A DNA stretch of 64,000 nt from Octopus vulgaris (GCA_951406725.2 OX597821.1:96286001-96350000); one strand, 5' to 3'. Positions 40,986 to 54,866 are shown, counted from the stretch's first letter. Made by a program: numbers and translations. Notes: a model not told the origin generated them from the letters alone.

Positions 40986-41290
40986 GGAGGTGCAATGTCC
41001 CAGTGGTTAGGGCAGCGGACTCGCGGTCAGAGGATCGCGGTTTCGATTCTCAAACCGGGTGTTGTGTGTGTGTTTATTGAGCGAAAACACCTAAGAGCTC
41101 CACGAGGCTCCGGCAGTTGTTGGTGGTGACCTCTGTTGTACTCTTTCGCCACAACTTTATCTCTTCCTGTTTCTTGAGTAACGGTGCTATGGACTGTCGT
41201 CCCGTCCAGCTGGGGGGGAACATATACTTCACAGAAACCGGGAAAACGGGGCCATGAGCCTGGCTAGGCTTGAAAAGGGCGAAAATAAAA
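40986..41290 (+). mobile_element. SINE family D (tRNA-Arg TCG-like head) with tail c
   Basis: ggaggtgcaatgtcccagtggttagggcagcggacTCGcgg...ggtttcgattctc; tail ends gagcctggctaggcttgaaaagggcgaaaataaaa. Confidence 0.85.
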
Positions 41291-41381
41291 TACATTCCTT
41301 ACCACATCAAGTATACTTGCACTGATTAAACTATCAAGTTCTCGTGCAGAAGGCAGTTATTCTATGTAAGTATAAGTGCAT

Positions 41382-41723
41382 GGGAAGCACTCCGTCGGTT
41401 ACGACGATGAGGGTTCCGGTTGATCCGAATCAACGGAACAGCCTGCTCGTGAAATTAACGTGTAAGTGGCTGAGCACTCCACAGACACGTGTACCCTTAA
41501 CGTAGTTCTCGGGGATATTCAGCGTGACACAGAGAGTGACAAGGCCGGCCCTTTGAAATACAGGTACAACAGAAACAGGAAGTAAGAGTGAGAGAAAGTT
41601 GTGGTGAAAGAGTACAGCTGGGATCACCACCACCCCCTGCCGGAGCCTCATGGAGCTTTTAGATGTTTTCGCTCAATAAACACTCACAACGCCCGGTCTG
41701 GGAATCGAAACCGGGGCCATTGC
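41382..41723 (-). mobile_element. SINE family D with tail b
   Basis: Head partly deleted; 12-bp TSD gtataagtgcat at 41370-41381 and 41724-41735. Confidence 0.88.
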
Positions 41724-42864
41724 GTATAAGTGCATAACCCACATACGTATATACAAAACCATACATAGCCCATGCACACAAATATACTCATACATAGATA
41801 AAAACAAACATATACTTGCACATTTAAGCACACACGCACGCACTCATAGGATTACACTTTGTCACGAAAACACTAACATTCATATTGTCATTCAGGTTTG
41901 TGTGCGTATGTGCTTGCGTGTTGACATGTGTGTGTGTGTGTGTTTGTGTGAGTATCTGAAGCAAATTGGTTTGCATATAAACAATAATTTCAAAGACATA
42001 CCTTTCAGACATCGTTTGAAATTGAATGGAAATTAAGAAGATTGATTTTCGATTTTTCTAGCGTTAAAGGCATGCACAAGAATGTTATTGCAACAGATCT
42101 AAGAACCATGTATCTAATGAAATAATTTGCTGTGAGCCGGAGTATATGTTTTACAGTATATAATTCAAGTAGCTGGTGGTGTACTAAATAAAGTACGCAA
42201 AAATTCTCAATGAATGTTAATTTGCTTCTTCGAGAAAGAAAACCAACTCCCAGTAGCAATTGCTAGCAACTGTCAAAATAATGGGGAGATAATTTCCAGA
42301 AGATAGAAACTTATAAGGAAAATTTAAGAAGGAAAGTGACAGCTATGGCAATCTTTCCGGCTTAATAAATATTATCGTTCATAGTCATTTTCGTAGTCAT
42401 TTGAAGATGTATAAAATTTAACGTAGAGGCTGGTGGTATATATATCGTTTGATAAAGTGTATATGTGGTCGCGGTATTTATACCAATTTGTTGATAAAGG
42501 ATACGGTAGTTCGATTCCAGTTAAATTCTCAGTTAGTTCATTGAATTTCAGTTTGGGTTTTGTCAATCAGCGCAAACATATTTTCTTGATATAGATGTAA
42601 TACTCACGTGCGCACACACACACATATATACATTCATGCAAACCTACCTACATAGATACATTCGAAGACTACAGATCCTAGCCATCACTGGAACTGTAAA
42701 AATCTGTAAAACTTTCCAGAACTTTATCATTTAAGTATATATGATCATGTCTAGATATGCAAGTATATGCATGGGAATACATGTATAAAACAAAACATTA
42801 CATACATACACATACATACATACATACATACATACATACATACATACATACATACATACATACA

Positions 42865-42898
<34 letters not shown>

Positions 42899-43939
42899 CA
42901 TAATACCCTGTTGTTGATGCTGAAATGTCAATGAAGGAGCCTTGGATCTAGGTTAGAAACTGGCTCTTTCTCTATTGGCAAGAAATCTTGAAATAAAACT
43001 GAATAATGACATACAGAGACACAAACTCATATACAAACAGTTTTTAGAATATGTAAATGGAATTAGAAGTATTTGTCATTTGTCATGCTATTATTGTATA
43101 TCTCTAAATTAGCTCTAGTCCAGAAGGCCTATTATCAATGATATTCAAGCCATGACGAGACAATCTTTTAGTCATGTATAGTCTCAGAGGAACTACATTA
43201 TTCTCCGTAATTTGTTTTATAAAATAGTGTGATGTGATGGAGATTTTTCTTATTACATTAATTTGTAACAGTCTAAGTAACAGTCTCCGTCCTTAGATCC
43301 TTTCAGAGTGTTTACAGTAAGTTATTTACGTTAATGTGCCATCAAAGGATTTATAGGGTTCTTAAATAAGCTTTCTATACACATTAAGACCATTTTATTC
43401 ACTTTGGCCTCATATAACTGTAAACCACAATATCTATGAAAAGCTGAACAACAAAGAAAATCACGTTATAAGATGTGGACAGGAATAAGAGGTTAGAATC
43501 GAGAAGTTTGAATCGTCACAGCCGTTCATATTTGTTTATGGCAAATTAAAAATGCCAACCAAATTTCTTTCAAATTATTTTCAACGGTCTCTAAGGAAAG
43601 AAAAGGAATATATTGGGCTTTACAGTTCTAGATAAACAAAAAGATGGCGGAGATGTGGCTGAAACTCTCGATCAAAGGTCTACTGGATCAAGGTTGAACG
43701 AACAACAATGACAATATCAACTATATTTCGTTAATGTTATATCATTTTCACATGCTGAGTACTCTGCGTTGTGGCGGTTAATACAAGGGTGGTAAATATC
43801 TCCTCACAACGAAAGGCAGGATTAGAAATTTCAATTTAAAATTAAGGAATTCGAGGAAGACGATGCATAGTGTTTTGTTTTCATATTTAATTTTTTATGT
43901 ATTACGAAGTTCCTACAATTTCTAGTTGCTGGTAATCAT

Positions 43940-44284
43940 GTGAAGGCGCATGGCTCAGTGGTTAGAGGGTCGAGCTTACGATCGTGAGGTTGTGAGCTCG
44001 AATCCCGGACCGGGCTGCGTGTTGTGTTCTTGAGCAAGACACTTTATTTCAGGTTGCTCCAGTTCGCTCAGCTGTAGAAATGAGTTGCGACGTCATAGGT
44101 GCCAAGCTGTATCAGCTCCTTTGCCTTTCCCTTGTATAACGCTGGTGGCGTGGAAGGGGAGGCCGGTATGCATGGGCGACTGCTGGTCTTCCATAAACAA
44201 CCTTGCCCGGACCTGTGCCTGGGAGGGTAACTTTCTAGGTGCAATCCAATGGTCTGTGTCGTGACCGAAGGGGGTCTTAGATCA
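43940..44284 (+). mobile_element. SINE family C, full length
   Basis: A-box tggctcagtgg, B-box-like gagctcgaatcc; flanking duplication ggtaatcat at 43931 and 44285. Confidence 0.9.
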
Positions 44285-45589
44285 GGTAATCATATGAAGC
44301 ACTATGTCATCCTTTTTAGTAATCTTTTAGATTTCATCAATATCGCTCAAAAGCTGCAACTAGTACTATGGAAGTATAAAAACTTTACTGAAATTCAACG
44401 CGAATCTTACTGCTATCGAGGTTCTTGTGATTTAACTAAGCAATAACAAGAGCACTGTCAATATCATGAACATCTCTACCATCAATATCACTATAGTTAA
44501 TAACAACGATAAATATACTAGATTAATATGCAAGAAATAGTCGCAAAATCTTAGACGAATCTCACCAAATCTTGTTATTTAAAAACGAAATATATGACAG
44601 ATAAGGTAAACTTAAATTATACATTCTCTTTGAGAAAAAATATAACAGGCAGAATGGCTACAGGTTGAACGCTTTTGATCAAATTCTGCTACATCATAAC
44701 TGGCGATAGACTAAATAAATAATAACAGCAACAACATGTTAAGAACAACAATAACAACAAAATGAGCGAACTAAGAAGCTCCTGCATGATTAAGAGAAAC
44801 TCTAGGAATATTAGTTAAATTCCCGTCTATTGATATCCTACCGGGCAATGAACAAAAAAATAAAAATCATTGGACAACGTGGTTTTGATCGATCATATAT
44901 GGAAGAGTTTAAACGGTAACAACAACATCAAAAGTTGTAAGAAAACAACAACAAAGCAGCAATATCAATAACAACAAGAATAGAAAGCAAAGAATCAAAC
45001 ACTTTGGTTGCGGTAGCAGTCCTCCCAAATGAAACGGCGGCTGCAAATGAACTTGAATGATTAAAATATGACAGATTTATTTCTTCCTCTAACCTTCTCA
45101 ATCAATTCACAACAGATGAAGTTTTCAGAAAGAAAAGAAAAAAACAAGAGATTACGACAATAAGAAAACAAGACAAAAAACTCCCTCAAAGATGCTTCTA
45201 TTCATATGAATGAAAGCTTTTCACACGTTAGAACAAATATATGGATTGGAAATATGAAAGCTTGTAAATTAATTTGAAGAGATAAGAAAGCAAAAGAAAT
45301 TCAGTATTTGTGTTTTCTTTTTCCTTTCTTTTATCCATTTCATTTCTAATTTATTTTTTCTTTCCATGTTGAAAAGTTGACAAAAATCGGTTGAGATAAC
45401 AAAATAAGATAAATAAATCAATTAATTAAGACAGCATAGAATGATCTTGTATCATTTTCTTTTTTATTTTGTAAAATAAATTAATGAAGCAAAAATATGT
45501 ACACAAAGTAGTCTGACAGGAAAATTGTTAACTCTTCCTTATTAACTGCTGTATAGTATATTGCATAACAATATATATATATACATTTC

Positions 45590-45985
45590 TGGCCTCCGTG
45601 CCGGTGGCACGTAAAAATCACCATTCGAGCGTGAACGTTACCTGCGTCGCCTTATTGGCACTTGTGCTGGTGGCACGTGAAAAATCATTCGAGCGAGGTC
45701 GTTGCCGGTGCCGCTGGACTGTCTCCCGTGCAGGTGGAACGTAAAAAGCACCATTTGAGCGAGGCCGTTGCCAGTACCGCCTGACTGGCCCTCGTGCCGG
45801 TGGCACGTAAAAAGCACCCGCTACACTCTCGGAGTTGTTGGAGTTACGAAGGGCATCCAGCTGTAGAAACTCTGGCAGATCAGATTGGAGTCTGGTACAG
45901 TCATCTGGTTCGCCAGACCTCAGTCAAATCGTCCAACCCATGCTAGCATAGAAAGCGGACGTTAAACGATGATGATGATGATGAT
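45590..45985 (+). mobile_element. SINE-like family E with four ~65-bp subrepeats and a (GAT)n tail
   Basis: gtgccggtggcacgtaaaaa variants at 45598, 45664, 45728 and 45794; ends gcggacgttaaacgatgatgatg. Confidence 0.75.
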
Positions 45986-46365
45986 TGCCTGTTTCAGTCA
46001 TTTGATTGCGGCCATGATTGGGTGGGTACTGACTTGAAAAATATTTAGTCGAATGAATCGACCCTAGCACTAATTTTTTTAAGTACTAATAGTTATTCTA
46101 TCGGTTTCTTTTGTTGAACTGCAAAGTCACGGGGACGTAAAAACACCAACACCTGTTGTCAAATAGTGCACCGGGGACAGATACACAGACATGGATATAT
46201 ATATAGAACGGGTTTCTTTCAGTTTCCGTCTATCAAATCCTCTCAAAAGGCTTTGGTATGCCCGAGACAATAGTAGAAGACACTTGCCCATGGTACCACG
46301 CAGTACGATTGAACTCAGAACAATGTAGTTGGGAAACAAACTTATAACGCACCCATGCCTGTGCC
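45986..46365 (-). mobile_element. SINE family A, decayed
   Basis: Family blocks tgtttcagtcatttgattgcggccatg and ctttcagtttccgtctatcaaatcc. Confidence 0.8.
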
Positions 46366-46400
46366 TATAAAAAGTATTATAGCGAAATATGCTATGTACC

Positions 46401-46468
46401 AGTCCACAAGGAGGATCGAACTCCCGACACCTGCTTTACAAGTCATAAGCCTTACCACACACATGTCC
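46401..46468 (-). pseudogene. tRNA-Thr(TGT)-like relic
   Basis: Minus: tggtaaggc...ctTGTaa...gggag-ttcgatc-ctcct. T-arm intact; other stems broken. Confidence 0.45.
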
Positions 46469-46529
46469 TTTTGCAAAGCGACATTGAGAACGTTTATTAC
46501 TTTTAAATGTTAAAAATAGTAATAGAGAC

Positions 46530-47285
46530 TTGTATGGTCTTGAATTTGTGGCTGTTTATATGGAAGCAAGCTGTGGTTTCCAGATAAAAGCCGGTCACCA
46601 GCCTTGGCACACGTCTCTGTACTATACTTACGTCAAAGGTGTATGCGTTTACAGTTTTTTGTTATCCATTTGGGGTTGTTGTAAAAATAATTGGAATATG
46701 GGTGACTATAAATGAATTATATATGTTTTTTTTTTGTCTGTGCCAACATTGTGATTGGGGCTTCTTATGTGTTAGTTATAAGATGACTTACTAATTTATT
46801 TTCGTACTTTTGTTTCTGAAGGAATTTATTTAGTTCTATCTATCGTTTCTCTCGTCCATTGATGTCCGTAACTATTGAGTAGATACGTCTTCCCTGATTA
46901 AATAGGATGTTCATTTTAACATAGAATTGGTGGGAAGATCTAGAATAAAAATATTGGTGTGCGTTCGTGTAGGCATCGGTTGTAACTGTCGCATTTCTTT
47001 TAACTATCTGAATTACAGAAACAAAAGCCCAGTAAGTTCTCTTTCATTCATTTCTATGCTGTAATTGATCGATTCATGAATTCTATTTATTGATTCAAGG
47101 AATCTTGCAAGGTCTTCCTTTCGTTTCAAAATATGAAGTAGTCATCAAGAAAAATTTTCCAGTTTATAATTTAAAAGGATTGAAAATGCGGATAAAAAGT
47201 AATTCGAGTAAAGACAATTTTTTTCCTTCAAGGACGGGGCAACTTTCGTCCCCATTACCGTACTTGGCATTTCAAAGTAATGTAC
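46530..47285 (-). mobile_element. Decayed Penelope-like element reverse transcriptase
   Basis: Minus frames: TVMGTKVAPS (GTAMG motif), WK-FLDDYFIF* (catalytic DD), FLESINRIHESINYSIE, HQYFYSRSSHQ..KMNILFNQGRRIYSIV...ELNKFLQKQKY. Confidence 0.8.
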
Positions 47286-47963
47286 GTATGTATAAATCAT
47301 TTTATGCACCTAAATGTCGCTATTTACTTGTATGTGTGTACTTGCATGCATGTCTTTCTCTCTCTATCTCTTTCACTCTGTTTCTCTTTCCCTCTCTGTA
47401 TATAAATACATGCGTATGTGTGTGTTCATATATGAATTTATATGTTTACGTAATTAATATATATGGTTACTGATTGCATCGTATTCAGTATTCATATCTC
47501 TTTCTATGAATTTTTACAATCCTATTTATTGCTTTTTAAACTTGTGCTCGATTAAGCATTATTATTTTTTTTGCTGTTTAAATTTAACTTATTCCCGTTC
47601 ATTACTAATTTCAATGCCTTATAACTTCTATTTATTCATTTATTTAATTCTAAATAATCGTTTTGAACTCTTATTAAATAAAAGAAATCATTTTATAAAA
47701 GGAATCCTTATTATTCACATTATCCATAACTTACTATATCTGTTTTTTTCTGCATAACTGTGCACAACGTACATTCTATGGCTATTTCCTTTCTAAATCA
47801 TTTCCCGAGATGATTTTATTTCTATACAATAATTTCTTAAACTTGTTTCCAGCATGAATTTCTCTTTCTCGATCTGCTATTGATAATATCTAACATTGTA
47901 TGCTCTAACATATTACTTTTCTTCTGTAATGTACTCTCAACTCTTTTTTCCGTATATAATGCC

Positions 47964-48203
47964 TTCATCATCAACATTAGATCACTTAACTGATGCAGGC
48001 GGTCACTGGGGTATCACTCTAGACACTTTCATAGTTAGTCATCACCACTGATCTCTTTTCATGGATAGCAAATTCGCTGTGTTGTGACTAGTCCAGTCCT
48101 TGATGTTGTCAAACCAGGAATTTCTCTGTTAGTCTCTCCTTCGTTTCCTTCAGCTGTACCTAGAAGAATGGTCAAGGACTGGGAGTTGTGGCGGGATACA
48201 TAT
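47964..48203 (-). mobile_element. RTE-group LINE 3' end
   Basis: YVSRHNSQSLTILLGTAEG/KRRRD*QRNSWFDNIKDWTS resembles G..EG.RRRGR.R..W.DNIKEWT; short (GAT) tail. Confidence 0.75.
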
Positions 48204-50261
48204 CACAATTTTCCTTATAGTCATTGTATAGTTTCAATTAATGGTTATCTATTGCTATGACCTATTTTCTTTCCATTTATATAATAATTAGCCAAGACGT
48301 ACCTACTCAAACATTTTAACAAGTGCATTAGTTTAGTACCGCTTAGTGGAGGTTTTATTATGTCGGATCACTACTGCTTCTCCGTTGTATAATTCCTTAT
48401 TAGAACCACTTTAAACTCTCTTACAACTCTTAAACTTACTTATAACTTGACTCGTACTGAATAAATACTAATATTCTCAATCATTCTTAACCTTTAAATT
48501 CTTTTTTCAACGAGATTTTGTTCTATTTATGTTACTCATCTTGAATTCCTAGACAACAGTTTAATTAATACCGACTTAACTAAACTTCTCCTCATATCTT
48601 ACAGTATCTAGTCATTTCCTACAATGAATTTTGAAATTCCTCTTTCCTGGTATATATACTATGTATTTATTCACTATATTTCTTTCAATAATCATTCAGA
48701 ATAATTGTTTCTCACATAAATAATCGAAGCTCAAAATTTGTCTTTTTTCCGCTGCTCTTTTTAGTTTTTGGTTTTTCTCTGTTGTAAGAATGCATTCTTC
48801 TCGTGTGTTTTTTATATTTATATCATTATACACTGATTTTATTCAATTATTTTATAACTTCACATACTTCCACAAATTTCTGAAAGCTTTAAAACCACCG
48901 ATTTTTATCAATAATATCCCTCACATAGGCAGATTTGCACATGTACCCCCAAAAACTAACTTAACTTACAGTATATACTAACTTAAATTCTAATTAAAAT
49001 TAAAATCAAATTAATCATTTTATGCAACTTCGAAAATTATATTGTTCAATTTTAAACCATGAATCATATCTCATTACTCAACAATGCAACTAATACTGTG
49101 TAATTTTGGCGTTAAATAATAATCTTGGGATGATTCATTAAGCCGATCCACATTGTCTTTTTTCTCTCCTCGATTTCATTTCAACCACTTCACACAAATA
49201 CTAATCCGTTGAAATTTTCAAAATTTAAGATCCCTTCTTAACTATTAAGTTTATAATTATATCCATTGTACGTATTTTAAACATTCCCTATTGCACCTGG
49301 TGGTATACACTATATTCGTAACTACTCTAACCCGTATTTGGTGTTAGCCCCCATTCTCTATCCATTTTTGATCGAAGATTAAAATGTGACCGTAGCTAAA
49401 TCTTTTATCCCAACTAACAGTTTCTACCTTTGATATCCTTGAATGGCACTTACACACCTAATTCCTACTTTTTAAATTACAGATTTAAAAGACACCTGTT
49501 TCAAAAATCCTAAGTAACGCTCAACATTTTATGATAAATGCGCACACATATGCACAGAATACCAAATAAACTAATCATGTTTGACTTCTAATTGTATAAA
49601 GAAAATGCCTTTAAAAGAATCAAGAGAATTCCATCAACAATCCTAGAAAATATTGGTGTGGAAACTGTTTGATTGTTACCACAAAAAGAGGCAAATATCT
49701 CGGTATCAAGATACGAAGAAAAGATGGCTGACTTCAAATACGGTCTTCATGAATAAATATAACCAGATGACGTCTTGCGAAAATTGTTAGTTTATTAAAA
49801 CAAAATGGGGATGAATATTTCGTTATCAAAGATACGCAGAAAAGTGACTAAACGGAAATACAGACTTCAATGCAACTAAGAATATATTACAATATGGCAG
49901 TCTTGTAGAAACGTTATTTGTAGTCATAAAAGAGATAAATACTTCGATACGGAGATAAATAACTGACCGGAAATATAGAATTCAATTGCAACAACTCTTA
50001 TCTGTTTGATTATAAATATGACCAAAAATTCATTGCAGAAATTGTCATTTAACCACAGTGAATTCTTGTTCTTTTGCGTCGTTTTCTTCCCTTCGATTGG
50101 TGGTTCTCATCTAGACGTCCAAACCTCGACTGACTCGTAGCTTCTCCTTTTGGATCTCTCTCTAATTTGTTAAATACACATCACAACACACGTCACGACG
50201 CCACGTTACGACGACATATCACGATGACTCGTCAGGACAATTGGTTTTAAATTTTGGCACA

Positions 50262-50447
50262 AGACAAGCAAGTTCGGGGGTGGGGGTAAGCGACTACATT
50301 GACCAGTGCTCAACTGGTACTCATTTTATCGACCCTGAAAGGACGAAAGGAAAAGTCGATTATGGCAACTTTTCAGAACGTAAAAATGAACGAAATGCCG
50401 CTAGGCGTTTTGCCCTTGGTGCTAACAACTCTGCCAGCTGGCCGCCT
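50262..50447 (-). mobile_element. SINE family B, decayed, tail 2
   Basis: caactggtactcattttatcgaccctgaaaggacgaaaggaaaagtcg...tctgccagctggccgcc. Confidence 0.8.
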
Positions 50448-50609
50448 TATAGTCCTCTATGGTAGTGATGTGCTCTGCAAATGCAAAGCAGAACTAATCG
50501 TATCATAATGAAAAGAAGATAAGGAGTTTCATTAAGTTTACAGCACAATACCCGGTGACGTCTTACCTGTTTAGTATTTAAAGACTTATAATTATCTGGT
50601 TAATTAATT

Positions 50610-50945
50610 GGCACAGGCGTGGCTGTGTGGTAAGAAGTATGCTTTCCAAACACGTTGTCCCGGGTTCAGTCCCATTGTGTGACATATTGGGCAAGTGTGT
50701 TCTACTATAGTCTCAGACGGACCAAAGCCTAATGAGTGGATTTGGTAGAGTGAAAGAAAATATCGCATATAGGTGTGCGCGCGCGTGTCTTTGTGTCTGT
50801 GTTTGTCCCCCAACACCGTTTGATAACTTAGTAGTTCGGCAAAAGGGAACTTGAATAAGTACCGAGGTTAAAAAAAAAAGTACTGTTGGCAATACATTCA
50901 ACTAAATTTTTTTCTGTTGACTGAAATAAGTAAAAGATAAAAGAT
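50610..50945 (+). mobile_element. SINE family A, decayed
   Basis: ggcacaggcgtggctgtgtggtaagaag...gggttcagtccc...ttgggcaagtg. Confidence 0.82.
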
Positions 50946-51165
50946 AGTAAATTATTTCATAATAATTATGAATCTGTAAAATGATTCCTGGTACTAAAAG
51001 GCTTCTTAAACCTTGACTATATTAGTTTAATCTTGTTCTTGTTAATATAGTAGTTATAGTGTTGCTCTTTAGGCCCAAGCCAGCCCTTGTAGAGCAACAC
51101 CTGATCAAAATATTCCATCTCTAAATGCTCTTTGTACACTTAGGTCTCCATTATCCAATAGATAG

Positions 51166-51903
51166 ATAGAGGACTGTATCCCTGTTAGATGTGGCACACG
51201 TTGTATTACTGCGTGTGTGAGTATGTGTGTGTGTGTGTCGCGAGATGTAATATATGTATGTATTTACCTTATTTACGGCTGTCTGGGTGTTATTCTATAA
51301 GTTATTTTTGCAGTGGTTCGGCAAAAGGGAATGATTGAATAAGTAGCAAGGTTATTTTCTAAGACATTTCAGGATTTGATTTAAGAAGTTTTAGCAGCTA
51401 TTTCAAATAGATCGAGTGACAAATTCCTGCACAAACTGTTCCAGACGTGGCCCTTCCGTCTTTGTTTCAACTATACTACACTTGGGCCTATTGTATGTTA
51501 TGAGTCCTGTCATTACTCAAACAATATTATATGAATCCTCTGCAGACAATATGTGAGATTTGATCGCAGCTTTTCTAGTAGCCAGTGGAATGAGTGAAGC
51601 TATACAGATTCCTTCATTGGCTTTCAATTGATACCGTAGGCTATGGGCAGTGAGATTTCGCAGTCTTGGCAGTATTCAGTGATAGACAATTACTATATAA
51701 TATATTATGTGGTTAACCGTTGACCAACAAAATCACAGCCAAATCATTTGGCAAGCTGCAAAAATAACTTATAGAAAAACACCCAGACAGCCGTAAATAA
51801 GGTAAATACATACATATATTACATCTTGCCACACACACACACACATACTAACACACGTAGCAATACAACGTGAGCCACATCTAACAGGGATACAGTCCTC
51901 TAT
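51166..51903. repeat. 148-bp inverted repeat pair with about 440-bp spacer
   Basis: 51166-51313 is the reverse complement of 51756-51903 with few substitutions. Confidence 0.92.
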
Positions 51904-51904
51904 G

Positions 51905-51953
<49 letters not shown>

Positions 51954-51972
51954 GTCTGTCTGTCTGTCTGTC

Positions 51973-52047
<75 letters not shown>

Positions 52048-52124
52048 ACAAGTGCCCAGTCTGCCTCAAGTATCGGGTTCTGTATCAAATATTAGTAGTC
52101 CTTTATGATTTAAAAAAAAAATTA

Positions 52125-52361
52125 TTTTATCTAGTTTCAGCTCACGAGTTGTGGCCATGCTGGGGCACCGCCATTTGGTGTTGCTACATAATTTTACTTC
52201 ACAGATGCTTTTTAGGAATTGACATTTGGTGCATGAAAGAGTTTGATGCAGCTGCCCTCATCTGCACCTCCTGCCGCGAAGTTAGTTCATCTGGGACACC
52301 TGACAGGAAGAGGTTCAGCTTTATTTTGAAGACACCGACATCCACCCCATGCAGGTCTCAA
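52125..52361 (-). mobile_element. CR1-like LINE 3' end
   Basis: DLHGVDVGVFKIKLNLFLSGVPDELTSRQEVQMRAAASNSFMHQ...* (stop 52201-52199) fits the recalled FK..LD.FL..VPDEP...SNS C-terminus. 3' UTR ggcggtgccccagcatggccac...ctgaaactag. Confidence 0.7.
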
Positions 52362-52395
52362 AGAACCCGAAGGTTCCGCCGAGGATCGAACTCAC

Positions 52396-52445
<50 letters not shown>

Positions 52446-53047
52446 ATATAATTTACAACACTGACATTATTATAAATATATGTAGAAAAATATATACGAC
52501 TTGTGTTGTCTGTCACACTTTTTTGTTTAAATACTATAGTGTACTGTAAATATATCTACAGATTTTTAACCAACATTGCATATATGGAAATATATAAGCA
52601 TCTTTTCTGTGTATATCTTCGTAAGTAGAAAAACTAAGATCAGCTGGACTAATTCAACTTTATGTTGGTATTTTATCTACAACTGATTACTTTCTTTCGC
52701 TGTCCACGGTAATAATCTGCATAAACACACTATTATGACGGGCGTCAGTAAATTGGCTGGAGCAATTTGCACGAATGAAGCATTCTTATCTGTTAGAATC
52801 ATGAACGAATTACTAGTGAATTAATAGTGATTTGCTTCACTTTTGTACTCTACTAAAGAATATATCTATAGAAGTTTTTGGTAACACTATGTATATAAGT
52901 AGGCGTAAACACTGTATTGTTATACAACGTTTTTTGATATATTCTGTAGAACAATATAGTATACATACGTACGTACGTACAGACATACGTATATGCATGC
53001 ATACATACACATGTAGACATTTAGAAATCTGAGTGTATACGCTAGAG

Positions 53048-53122
<75 letters not shown>

Positions 53123-54684
53123 GAATACACATACATCCTCACACACATACATGTGGTAGCACACGCACACACAGACACATATACACCCACAATCATACAT
53201 TAATACATACATACATACATACATACATACATACATACATACATACATACATACATACATACATAAATATTTACATCCATACATAGATTCATATACACAT
53301 ATACACATACATACATATTCACATACAGATCTGTAAATTAACTTGGCAAATTACTTATTGATTTCCTGAAATTATCTCCCCATTTCTCCGATGATGCAAA
53401 TAGTTATCTCTAGGCTTTTCTTTTTCTTTCTTCTAGTTCGTGAGAAATTCCAATAATTTCAGAGTATATTGCATATGCCACTCAATATGTACCATAAAAC
53501 TTGATTAGCCATATTTATGCTATTTGAGTTATGTCCCTTACTCTTTTTTAATTTTAATTTTGTAAATTATTATTGGCTAAAAGTATACGTAACACTTTTA
53601 TCGAAACCTGTCCAGTGATAGATTTTAGCTCTCCATAGTTAGCGATTCTCAATTTGTTGGGTTTCTTTTTCCAACTCGGAGTGAAATTTTTACAAACCAG
53701 GATTTATTGTACACCTTGGTCTGTAACTCAACCTTTAACACCACAATTGAACAAACTAAGAGAACAATCTAATTTTATATCTAATAATATGCATATACTT
53801 TCTCATCTTTTTGTATTTATAAGACAACATTGTTGGATGGGTCCTTACTCGATATTAGATTGCTGTATGTGTTTCGATGAAAAATTGACTTTTATACGTA
53901 GCAGGTCGAACGACTTCGTTGGCTTGAAATAAATTTGATTGTTGCTGTACTGGTTTAATCTCGCCTCATCTCTATCATGAACGTATTCTTATTATGACCA
54001 TCCTATGTTTTTATATATCAGAATTTTCATTTCACAATATATTCTTTATTTAACGTCATACGGTTGACTTGAAAATGAGATTCGACAGCTATCCATTTCT
54101 GTTAGTTAGTTCGAACGACTGGTTAGAACCTCCTTGTTGAACACCGAAACCAGGCAACATACAGTGAGAATATTTGAGATGGGGAACATTGTGAAGCAGA
54201 TATGTGGCTGACAGAGCAACCGATATTCTCGTCAGCCAAGAGAAAACGTTTTCCGTCTTACTATTTCTTATTGCCAGAGAGATAATTAATGCAAGAGGTA
54301 AAGTGAGGTACAAGTTACTTAGAGAGTGTGTGTTAGACAACAGCTAGCATATATAGATGTACTTATATAATCTACATACTAATCAGAATATTATTCTGCT
54401 CTCTCTCATTGCATTAAGAACTTGCTTTCGTTTAATTGCTTTTCACACCAGTGTAATACAACTAATGCATTATACGTGTATGTGAAGGTATCTATTCGCG
54501 GGAAATTACATAACATACCACTGGACATATAAACTAATTAGTTCCATAAGAGAAATTATTTCTGGTTTTGCCCCAAAACAAATTTAGTGTTACAGGTCGA
54601 AATGGCAAACCTTAGATTGATATAACTAGGTTCTCTCCAGGGCTTATGTCACTCAGCACACCATCAAACATGTTTGCAGAAAGG

Positions 54685-54775
<91 letters not shown>

Positions 54776-54809
54776 CCTGCACATGTATGTATTTATATAT
54801 TTATGTATG

Positions 54810-54866
<57 letters not shown>

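Noticed and set aside
40524-42598. Possible Helitron ends (actag ... atatagat)
   Set aside because: No subterminal hairpin, and the two ends cannot be linked.
48210-49600. AT-rich stretch suspected to be a fossil LINE ORF2
   Set aside because: No motif could be read with confidence.
50560-50590. Second minus-strand AG|GTAAGA site
   Set aside because: It lacks a polypyrimidine tract, unlike the 5469 site.
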